From Cirrosporium novae-zelandiae (lineage: Eukaryota): a DNA stretch of 20,000 bases. Below, in pieces: positions 10,357 through 20,000 of the stretch. Positions within the stretch are counted from its first letter, which is position 1; the number at the start of each line of letters is the position of its first letter. The stretch spans positions 804,298-824,297 of the forward strand of contig JAPETS010000010.1 in assembly GCA_026023565.1 (NCBI GenBank), given 5' to 3'. The notes beneath the pieces were generated by a model. It did not search any database. It was not told where the DNA came from and saw only the letters and a list, made by a program, of their open reading frames with translations. The translations under genes were made by a program, and so were the position numbers.

Positions 10357-13300
10357 ATGGCAGACGGCCGGAATCGTGATCTTGAATCCTCTCGACTAAC
10401 TCGTGCTCAGAACGACCTATCTCATTATGAAGACTCCTCGAGGGTAGGTTCTGGTCAGCAGCCTTCGAGTATGCCTCATGGGCGACACTCTACCCCTAAC
10501 AGCCCATATCCGGATCACGGGGGAAATAACTCCCCCCATTCTCTGAATCGTAGCGCTGATCGCGATATATCTTCTGAAACCGCCCTCAATGAGAACTCAT
10601 CTCCTATTCTAGGCCACAATTCTAGAAGCGATGACTCCCAGCCACCTGGTCCCGATCCTAAATCTTTGAGGCAAGTGATCATAGTCAAAATATTCCATCT
10701 ATCTCCAGTATATAAGCATGCTCAACTAAGTGTAGGCGTGAACTAGCAAAAAGACATATATTTGTTTGTTCCACCAACGGTCTTTCTTATAAAAAACTTG
10801 GCTTATGGGAAATTGACAGATTATTACCATTAGTTCATGCATCGGAATGGGCTTCTACGTTAAGACGGGCACAATTTTCCGGATCGGAGGAGCAGGGGCC
10901 GTTATTTACGGCTTTGCATTCGTGGGCCTTTTATCTCTTGGAGTCATGCATAATTTAGCACGAATGCTTGGAATTTGGCCTGTTCCTGGAGCACTCATCA
11001 TGTACGTGAAGACGTTCGTTGATGAGGATCTGGGCAATATTGTTGGAATATTTTATTGGTAAAGGCCCTATGAAGAAATTGCTTTGATCATTTGGATATA
11101 TTTTTTCTCTTGCGCATCAGCTGACCATAAGTAGCTTCACACAGTACTTCTCCTTCGTAGCATTGGCAACAACCGTCATTAGCCTAGTTGAAATTTTTGA
11201 AACTTCAACCGCTAAATCCATGGGCATCTCTGCAGGAGCGCTTGCACTCCCAATATGGATGAATCTGACAGAAATTCGAGTTGGTGTTCCTAATTTGAGC
11301 TCTTTTAGGCCTGCTACTAAATCTTTACCATAGGTCTTTCGCAAAGGGGTGCTTTTCTTTGGTGGATTGAACCTCGCCATTGCGTTCGCTATTATCATGA
11401 TCATGAATTGGATTAACCCGTCAGGCGAGTAACCAGATAAAAGAGATCATTTATTTGATAAGCTTCTAGGATATTTCCCTGACAGGATTGACTATAGTGA
11501 GCCAAAAACAAGATCATAGTCTAGATCCTTCAGGTTAGTGATTTCGAAAACTCAAAATGTTTTTCTATTCATTGACGTGGTACTATGCTAAATACTGCCC
11601 TGAATATTGAAGCAAGTCGAAATGTTTTCCCACATGACCCGAATTTGCGCGGAAATTGGTGGAGTGCATTTTTGTGAGCTCCTTCCAGCTCAGGATCTTC
11701 ATTCTACATTGTTAATACATTAAAAAGGGCGTCAACTTTCACGGCAGCTTTTGCATTTGCGGGGGTTGAAACTGTTACTGCTATTGCCCAAGAAGCTAGA
11801 TTTAGCCTTTCCAAGGAGGATCAAGAACACCAAGAACAGCAACGACGACAACGAGTCCAACAAGAACAAGGAATAAGAACTCAAGCTGAAGGATGTGAAA
11901 CTCGGCTAGAATGCGAGGACCCTGGAATACAACTCGAACGAACTCGGCAGCAGATTGAAGATCTTGTAAATGACATGACAAAATATTTTCAAAGCTCTGA
12001 AGAAATAACATCAACTGGTGCTCAAGAGAAAATAAACAGGTTACAGCAGCAAATTGATGAAGAAACTCGACTACGAAATGAAATTGATGAAGAAACTCGA
12101 CTACGAAATGAAATTGTGCAACCGAGAAAACCAGATGACAAATTTGAACTTCCTACAAAACTTGTCCCGGCGATACTGACAGTCATATACACTTTGGGAG
12201 GTTGGATCATCACCCAAAACCTTCCATGGAACGATGACAGATTACCCCGGTGGTCATGGGACACAGCAGTCAATGAAAACAGCCTTTCCCTGTTTGTCAT
12301 CAGTGCGGGAGATGAAACAAAGACCTTAGCAAAAGCAGTGACGGCGCTTTTAATCATTAATACGATGGGCACATCAAGTACCGCGTTATTCATTGCATCA
12401 CGAACATTATATGCTTTAACCAAAGACTTGGCTAATGAATCTTCTGGATTAGAATCACGAGATTCATACTTTAGAATCAGGCCCTTAAATAAGTTCCTGA
12501 AGCTTTTGGGAAGAAAGAGCGCATATGACGTTCCCTACGCTGCCGTCTTGGCTTCAGGTCCAATATTTATTTACCTGCCGTTGTTGAAATATGGAATAAG
12601 CGGAGGACAACTTGATATTGTGAGTTTTATCTACCGAATTCTTGGGATACTGATTGCCTAGCACTTACTAGAAATTCTCTTCATAGATTCTCTATGTCTT
12701 TTCTGAAATGGGATCCGTTTGCTGTGTTCTCGTGTGGGGATTCGAGACCTTCGCCGCTTTCAGATTTTTAAAGAGGTAAGTGAGGACAAACTTTTCTGTC
12801 CATTGAATTCCAAAATTTCTGGCGTCGTCATCGGGAACTAACAACTGGTACAACTTATATAGCTTTCATAAACATAAAAAAGATCTTATGATGGATAAAT
12901 CTTTCGAAGGGCGGTCTAAAGTATACCTACCCGTTGACAATAAGCTATGGTACTGGATCCAATGGTGTATCGCAGTATTTTCAATGGCAGGGTGTCTTAT
13001 TGTTGTGTTCGTTGGTGGACCCTTGGCCGCTTGGCAGAATCCTACGGTCGAGCAATATATAGCCGTGTTTTTGATGGTATGTCTTTGGTTCACCTAGATA
13101 CAGTGACAGGACCACAAAGCTGATCTTGAAAAAATTCCCATTTAGCCGGGAATATTTCTCGCTTCCTTGGTTACAGTAAAAGCGTGGAGGTATAGGAACA
13201 GGAACAGGTGGGCAGAATTCTGGTCATGGAAGTCATGGATACTAGCCTTGGAAAATGCGTCAACCCTCGGAGACCAAATTCGTAACCTGGAGAACGTTCG

Positions 13301-13427
13301 GATTCACACGACCACCCACAATGAAGGAAAAGAACTCAACCTAGGGAACCTCTGGGGGGTGATTCCGTCACTTGATTCACAATTTTTTAATAATATACTG
13401 AACAGGATCGGTACAGCAGAGAGGTAG
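10357..13427 (+). CDS. Divergent amino-acid permease-like (APC/YAT family) protein, ~796 aa, 11 exons
   Basis: Exons 10357-10670, 10736-10763, 10820-11058, 11135-11279, 11334-11424, 11498-11533, 11613-11673, 11728-12619, 12687-12775, 12863-13076 and 13146-13427 (2391 nt, frame-consistent; two GC donors). YAT-like motifs LRRELAKRHIF-IITISSCIGMGFY (TM1), WPVPGA...FVDEDLG..VG..Y, AAFAFAGVE...EA (TM6), LFIASRTLYAL and VPYAAV. Confidence 0.85.
12051..12116 (+). repeat. Perfect in-frame 30-bp tandem duplication (IDEETRLRNE x2) within the permease CDS
   Basis: aaattgatgaagaaactcgactacgaaatg at 12051-12080 and 12081-12110, followed by aaattg. Confidence 0.97.
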
Positions 13428-13695
13428 GAGCAGCTAAAGTGCAAAAAGCTGCCAGCAAATATAGGTTAAAGATCCAGAAGTGGAGATCTAAGATTAGGTC
13501 CTCCTATTACGTAGAATGGTTAGGCGTGTGCAAAGGAAAACGATAGGGTGCAGGCACTCGAGATTTACTTTGAAAGTGAGCAACCCAGTCTGTTGAAACA
13601 AACGGGGGAACCTAACCAGGGTCATGTAACCACTTAGGAGGCCTGTACATCTCACTTCTATATTTTAGGCGTCTCTATGGTGATAATCTAGTCTT

Positions 13696-16663
13696 TCACG
13701 AAACTATTTGCTCCCTCAAAGAGAAGAAATATGACCGGCCTTCTGCACAGCTGATAAAAACTCCCACTTCGTCTCCCTTCTCCAACAAGAAAAAATCGTC
13801 TTTATCAGGATCATAGACTATCTTTTCTTTGACCTGAGGCAAATGCAGGGTTGTAAAGTCCGTTATTTCGGCGTCCTCTACGGTAGCTAGGTAAACTTCT
13901 AAGGGGCCTGGCTTACTACCGAGAAAAACTATTTTGCTGCCTTCCTTGTTCGGAAGTATGGCTTTCAATTTTTTTCCATCATAGCTGCACTTGAATTTCT
14001 TGTTAGTGCTCATGTTTTCGCAGATTATCCATTGCTGATGCATGATTCTAATCATCAAACGACCTTTTGGAGAATTCGATAGGGCAAAAGAAGTAAGGAA
14101 AGACTCGGAGATCCCAGTCACCTGGCTATGAGTCAGTTGAAAATTCTCTTGCTTCACGGAGGAGTCAGATATGGAGTATACCAATTTGGAAAAGGGATAT
14201 TTCCCGGGTTGTGACGTGTTGTCGGTGCCCCAGGTAACGATAGAGCCACCCGTTGAATCTTTGGTATAGGCAGCGGCAAGGACTTTGCTATCATCTGAAA
14301 ATTGAAGTTTCTCCACGTTGTAGCCTTGGGCCAGACCTAAGTTTGGCGTCTTGCGGAGCCCCAGTTCCAGTAACTTCTTCACCTCAATTAAATCCGTCCT
14401 TGATAATCCCACTAATGGCATTCTCGACCTTGCTTTCGTTATTAAAATACGAGAGAGTGCCCGGAGGATTTTAGGAACTTACCGATGACATATTTCATTT
14501 CTTTCGTCTTGGTCTTGGCGCACGAGGTTCTCAGTGCGAAAGAGATAGATATGGTGTTTGATGGAGCATGCTATAAACCGGCCATCTGGAGAGATGGCAA
14601 CCTTTTGGACATCGGATCGCTTGACATCTAGGCTTCTTATTATCATTCTACCATTTTCAACTACATCTTGTTGCCATGGGCGTGCAATATTATAAAGGAC
14701 AACCTTGCAAGCCGGTTAGTAAACCACTAAAACCAACGAAGAGTCTGCAACAACAAACCTCAAATTTCAGGGAAGCTGTAATGCCAAGAAGCCATTCAGA
14801 GCTACAAAGAGTCTGCGGACAAAAGTTGAGACACCATTCATGTGTTCCTTGATTTATCGGGACTCTTAGCCTAAGAGTAGGCTCTATCTCATTTTTGTCG
14901 GTTGTTTCCCTAATTTTGTCTACCACAAAAATTTGAATGTCGCCTGTGGAAAATAAGGCAACATATTCCCCGCATGCAGAATGCGCGCGGGACAAAGGTG
15001 ACTTGGGGCTGCTAAGTAAACGATATTGTACCGGGAAGCTTTTGATATCGTCATGTATATGTCGCAGGGAAGTGAAGGCTGCGCTAGGGGACGCCCTATT
15101 ATATGGATCGACGACAAGAAGCTTCTCACGCAAAAAATGCACGATTTGTTGGGCCAGCTCTTTATCAACATCCGTCAAGCATGTTTGCTCATAGGAGTTC
15201 AAGTAAGCATCTACCTTTCCCTTACGACCTCCCTTTATGTGAAAGGCATCGCTTGGGTATCCTTCACTAAAAGAATGTAGAGCCTCCTTGACTTTCGTTG
15301 GGCCGTTATAACTGTGAATAAGGATAAGGAATAGAATACAACCGAATGCCCATATATCAACCTTGCCCGGATTCCAACCGGAAGAAGACTGCTCGGGAGC
15401 GGTATATGTTCCTTCACTTAGCCGGTTATTTCTTGAGCCAGAACGTTCAACGGGACATTCATTTGGTTTCATCACCTTCGCAGAGCCGAAATCGGTTATT
15501 GTGAAAATAATTTCGTCCTTGGTTCCAAGTTTAGCTTTTAGGTTTCGAAATACCAAGATATTTTTAGGCTTTAAGTCACAGTGATAACAGGAAATTGGGT
15601 GATCGATGTTGTCCCAGTTTTCCATCTCACTCAACCATTTCAACCCGCCTAGGACATCCGTCATGCGAGAAATGTTGTCAAGCCTTTCATTCGGCGTGCT
15701 TGGATAACATCCTTTGTTGGCTGGGTAGGCTACCTTAAGGATTGGCAAGGCTTCGTTATTTCCGAGGAGATAATCTTGGAGGTCACATTTTGCTAATGGG
15801 AAGAACAGACTGCATTGAGTTTTTGGGTCGCCTGGAATTCCATGGACAAGACTGGACGTATACATCATGATGCTGTGCGGAGGGGAGCCCTTTATGGAGT
15901 TCTTTATGGATGTTAGTGTATCCCGCTCCTTCTTGAAGTCATTGTACTTCGCTTTTCCGCTGAAGGTCTTGCAGGCCAGATCAATCGGCTAAATTAAAAT
16001 CATTAGAAACCCAAAACTCGCCAGAAGCTGATGTAGCGAACTGACCTCTGAATTCCGCATTGACAAGTTTGTTGACTTCAAAATAAAATGGCCACGTTTG
16101 ATTCTAACCATAGAAACTTTTCCGAAATTGCCTTCTTTGATGAGTCTCTCTTTTGAGTAGGGAGATCTCAAGTGGGGGTCATCATGTACTGAATCCTCTT
16201 CTTGTTCGAGAACGATGGGGAGGAAAAGGTACTGATTTTCAAAGAAGGATTTACCCATCTTATCACCAAACAACTCTTTTGTGGTTTCCTTGTTGAAAGG
16301 AAGATGGGCATCATTTTTCGTTCCTTCTTGTATTACGGAGAGGTTTTCCTTGATCGAATTTTCATCTTCGAAGTCGTAAGAGTATAAAAGTATCGATATA
16401 ATCTTACGGCGACCAGAATTAAGAAACCCAGCCTCACCAGTAATGGTGTTGAGGTACCTTTTAAGCTCGTCATCAGTTTTTCCGGAGCCATATATATACC
16501 GCAGCAAAAGTTGGAGTCTTTCTAATGTCAGAACATTTTCCGCGGTTTCATATGGCATAAAGGGTGTTTGCCTATCCTCATTGTTCACAAGTTGTTCCTT
16601 AAGGCTCCTCGCGAGTTTCTTTATTATAGATGGTGTCACATCTTCTGGAGTATCATCTATCAC
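13696..16663 (-). CDS. Ser/Thr protein kinase with N-terminal helical region and C-terminal degenerate WD40/beta-propeller-like region, ~900-930 aa, 4 exons (start codon uncertain)
   Basis: Exons 16663 (or ATG 16558)-16046, 15988-14759, 14703-14483 and 14428-13696 (GT-AG, frame-consistent). Kinase motifs EGNFGKV, LACK, KKE, HCDLKPKNILV, ITDFG, GTYTAPE, DIWAFGCI and NR. WD-like segments VQKVAISPDGRFIAC and VEKLQFSDDSKVLAA. Confidence 0.87.
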
Positions 16664-17345
16664 CGATTTTCAGAGCTTATAAGTTCAATTCATCAGCAAA
16701 ACCAAGACTGTAACTCACTGTAATTGTAAGGTGCTAGGGTCAAGTGAATAAAAGCTAAGACGCTCCTTAAGAGCTTGCACCATATGGGACTTTCACCACC
16801 TAGAAACGAATTCATAGAATATTATCTTAGTTATGGTGAAGTGGGATAGAGGGTACCTAAATTTGTTTCTTGATCAACATCGATGAGGAATAGGTACAAA
16901 ATCTTACCAAACACCATGTACCTGGTCTACTACGTCCATCCTTGATTTCTTCAAGGAAAGTCAGTTTCTGACATGGGTCCTAGCTGTCTACATTTTAATT
17001 GCTACCCGAGAGTTTTGTATGCCAACCTTCTGTATGTATAACGGTTTGGCACCAGACCTATTATCTTACTTGATACTTTCAATACCTCAGATGTCGCCAC
17101 CGCCTCCCGAACTTCCTCAACAGTAAAATAGATATTAGACACTAGGAGTGGAGATTAGCCTAATAAGGCTAGAGTGTACGGGCCACAAAGCTGACTTTCC
17201 TTGAATAAATCAAGGATTAACCAAGTAAGCACTCGAGTAGCCTCGACCAACGAAACTTAAAATCACAATTCAATGGTTCCTTTCGGAAGTAGATAAACTT
17301 TTATCAGCTACTCGAGTACACACCTATAAGGAATAGATACAGAAC

Positions 17346-17502
17346 TGTTACAACGCCTAGGATAGCCCTTATAAGGCTTATATCTAGACGCATAACTGGT
17401 GTGGGTATGTATGCTTGGGGTCCAGAATCTCAGGTACGAATGCAGGGAATCTATATAAGGACATAGACCGTAGATAATAGTAGTTCTAGTCTACATCATA
17501 CA
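17346..17502 (+). mobile_element. 157-bp solo LTR of an LTR retrotransposon
   Basis: Begins TGTTACA and ends TCATACA (TG...CA). Perfect 5-bp TSD AGAAC at 17341-17345 and 17503-17507. Internal TATA-like TATATAAG at 17452-17459. Confidence 0.75.
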
Positions 17503-17986
17503 AGAACTTTTATGGTTTCTCGCGGAAAGAAATCTTCAGTAGCAATCTATTCAGTATATCATATTTCTGCTTGCATACATCAACTCTCTTCTCACACCCA
17601 GCTACATCTACGGTTCCAAGTCAGGTCTCCACGATGTTTAATTTTGGGAGCTCAAATTTCCAAAGCCTACATCACCATGAATGGATATTACTGAGACTGA
17701 AGAACTGCTGGCTTTAGAGTGGAGAGTAGCTTCATTGTCATCGCTATTCCGTTAGGAACAGCGAGGCTGACAGATATAATACATCAAAACGACGCAATAA
17801 ACCTAGACTATTATTTGGTTTGTCCACGCCAGTAAACTGTGCGTATGACTAAGGAGTGAGGCCATGGTACACCTAGGTAGGGCATGAAGCGAAAAATCAA
17901 AACATCCAAGGAAAGATACTAGAAGAATAGAAAGTCCACCAATCTTTGACTTCAAAGCCTAGCCTCAGCTTTCAATTTGTCCACAT

Positions 17987-19444
17987 CTATTCTTCATCCG
18001 AACTTTCTTCGTCGCTGTCTGCCGTCTCCAACCATTCCAAGAATTTCTCAGCGGCCTTACGGACCTTCTTGCTGGTAGCCAAGTCAACATATTTCTTGCT
18101 GGCCTTGGAGCCCCAGTTCTTGACAACTTCTTCAGACACTAGATCTTCTTGGTAATATTGTAAGAGGATAGCAGGCACTTGGGCGATGAGTTTAGGATGG
18201 TCTTTGCCGACAAAACGTTCAGTGCCGCCGAGGAAGGCCTTTTCGTGGCGTTCGGAGGTGATCATCTGATAGGATGTTAGCGTAAATATAATGCAAACAT
18301 ATATAGATAAATTACCTTCTTGAGCATTCCAGCACGCTTAGGGATCTGTTTGATGATATTGTCATCGAAGATGGTCTGAGCGAGGACAGCGAGAGTCTTG
18401 TGCTTGATCTCGATACCAAGTTCTTTAGCTTTCATGTAAATCTCGACATCTTCGACTTCACAAACGCCGCCAGGCTTCTGTCCAGCCGAAGAAATGATCC
18501 AGCTACCAAGAACATCATAAGGATTTTCGCCTCCTTCCTCTTCCTCTTCATCAAAGGCAAGAGAGCGTTTGAGATCATCAGGAAGCTCGTTAGCTCTAGC
18601 CTTGACGGCTTCTTCGGAGACATCAACAGCCCAGTCCTCATCCTTGACTTCAGTAGGATGATTTGGAAGTGTCTGTGCCTCGGTCTTGATACGGCGTGTA
18701 AATTCATCATCACTGCCTGCATCAACAATAGCATCGCCGTTTTCACCATCAGCGTTATCAGAGTTGCTATCGGCAGCGCTACCGTTATTAGGGCTATCTT
18801 CACCATCGCCATTGGCACGACCATTAGGGCTTCCATTTTCCTTATTCTTTTCCGCGGCTTTACGGTTCTTCTTATTAGCCTTATCTTTCTTGCCTTTCTT
18901 AGGCTGGTTCTTCAAAATAAAAGAGCTGAGCTTTAGGCGGAGGTCGACGTCCGAACGTTGACCGCAGGCCTTGCAGTCCAAGAGAATATGGCCATCTTTG
19001 ATGGTGACATCGGTTTCAGGGTTCTTGCATTTCTTACATAAGACGAACCTGCTGATAAAGCCATCGAGATAGTCCTGGAGTTTGGAAGCGTCATGAGCTC
19101 CGTTGATGATCCAGCGGTCATCAGAAGGGTTTGTGTTGGTTTGAGCACCAAGTTCGAAGCCAAAGTACTTGATTACATCTGGATTTTCACCGTTAGTGGG
19201 TGGCAAATCAAGCCAAGAGTAGGGTAAACCTTACAAGAAGGGGGGCGAGCCAAAGACTGAGCGACACTACTCAAATTCACAACGACGGTCTTGATACCAT
19301 TTCCTTTGCCCTCGATTTTAGACTGGAGCCGCTCCATCTTATAACGATAGAAGGGGTCGGAGACATCCTGAAAGATATTAGTATTGTAATACTTGATCAG
19401 ATAGTAGAATCTCAACATACCCGACGAATGTTGATAGTAGCCAT
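17987..19444 (-). CDS. TIF5: Eukaryotic translation initiation factor 5 (eIF5), 432 aa, 4 exons
   Basis: Exons 19444-19421, 19367-19235, 19178-18316 and 18265-17987. MATINIRRDVSDPFYRYKM..IEGKGNGIKTVVVN, YFGFELGAQT, zinc finger CKKCKNPET...CKACG, and the C-terminal W2 acidic/aromatic box FLEWLETADSDEESSDEE. Confidence 0.98.
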
Positions 19445-19720
19445 TTTGAATGATCAACAATAATACTTTTATTCCAAATAATTTAAAAATCCCTTAATGA
19501 GCGGAGGCAAAGAACATTAAATCTGCAGACTTGACCGACGAGCGACATGCGTAAACATCCAGCTAGAAGCTATTTGGATGTCTAAGTCATCAAGAAGAGT
19601 ATGAGAATGGATGAACCGTCAACCGTAAGAGCGCATTCGTGAACTATAGGGTCTCCTCGATATGCGAAAGGCGTCGAGAATTGGTGAGAACCAAGAGGCT
19701 TTTCCACGACTGGAAGACAT
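19445..19720 (-). promoter_or_regulatory. eIF5 5' leader with six poor-context upstream AUGs / short uORFs
   Basis: Minus-strand ATGs at 19720 (tatATGt), 19636 (cgaATGc), 19590 (ttgATGa), 19558 (tggATGt), 19548 (cgcATGt) and 19517 (ttaATGt). The main start is aaaATGg. The transcription start site is not known. Confidence 0.7.
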
Positions 19721-19953
19721 ATACTGCGGCGATAGATGCGTTCTGGAAGAGTTGCGGGGAATCGTGATGGCAAAGTTGCTTTTCACAATTTATGGTAATG
19801 GGAGAAGGGAGATTCACAGATGGAATCGTTGACCAGAAGAATCCGGTAAATGGAAGATAGATTTTTCTCAGGTGAAGATGGATTGTGGGGGAAAAAGTAG
19901 AAGATGATGAAGAAGAAAAGTGTGAAAGGAATTTTCTTGGTGGGAGTTGTCTT

Positions 19954-19980
19954 GGGGGGGGGGGGGGGGGAAAAAAAAAA
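19954..19980. repeat. G17-A10 homopolymer run (pyrimidine tract upstream of eIF5 on the minus strand)
   Basis: Read directly; part of a CT-rich tract typical of fungal housekeeping promoters. Confidence 0.8.
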
Positions 19981-20000
19981 GGGAGAGGAAAAGGAAAAAA

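Noticed and set aside
18400..19163. Long antisense and alternative-frame ORFs over eIF5
   Set aside because: Shadow ORFs expected from the codon bias of a conserved, highly expressed gene.

Overview
Eukaryotic DNA from a filamentous ascomycete (short spliceosomal introns with CTRAY-type branch sites; fungal-type eIF5 and HET genes). From left to right: (1) the 3' part of an uncharacterised fungal multi-pass membrane protein gene; (2) a repeat-littered intergenic region with a clean 144-bp hAT-type MITE (23-bp TIRs, 8-bp TSD) and possible LTR relics; (3) a HET-domain gene broken by a homopolymer frameshift and an in-frame stop; (4) a compact trio of genes with open spliced reading frames: a divergent CorA-like protein (GMN motif changed to GMG), a divergent amino-acid-permease-like protein with a ~110-aa charged insertion, and a protein kinase with a WD40-like tail whose start codon is uncertain; (5) a 157-bp solo LTR with a 5-bp TSD; (6) the housekeeping gene eIF5 (TIF5), whose upstream region holds six poor-context AUGs. 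The most interesting hypothesis, which is inference only, is that the CorA-like / permease-like / kinase-WD40 trio beside a HET gene is a fungal sensor-kinase-pore signalling or allorecognition module. All exon models were derived by hand from splice consensus and frame continuity. No database search was run.
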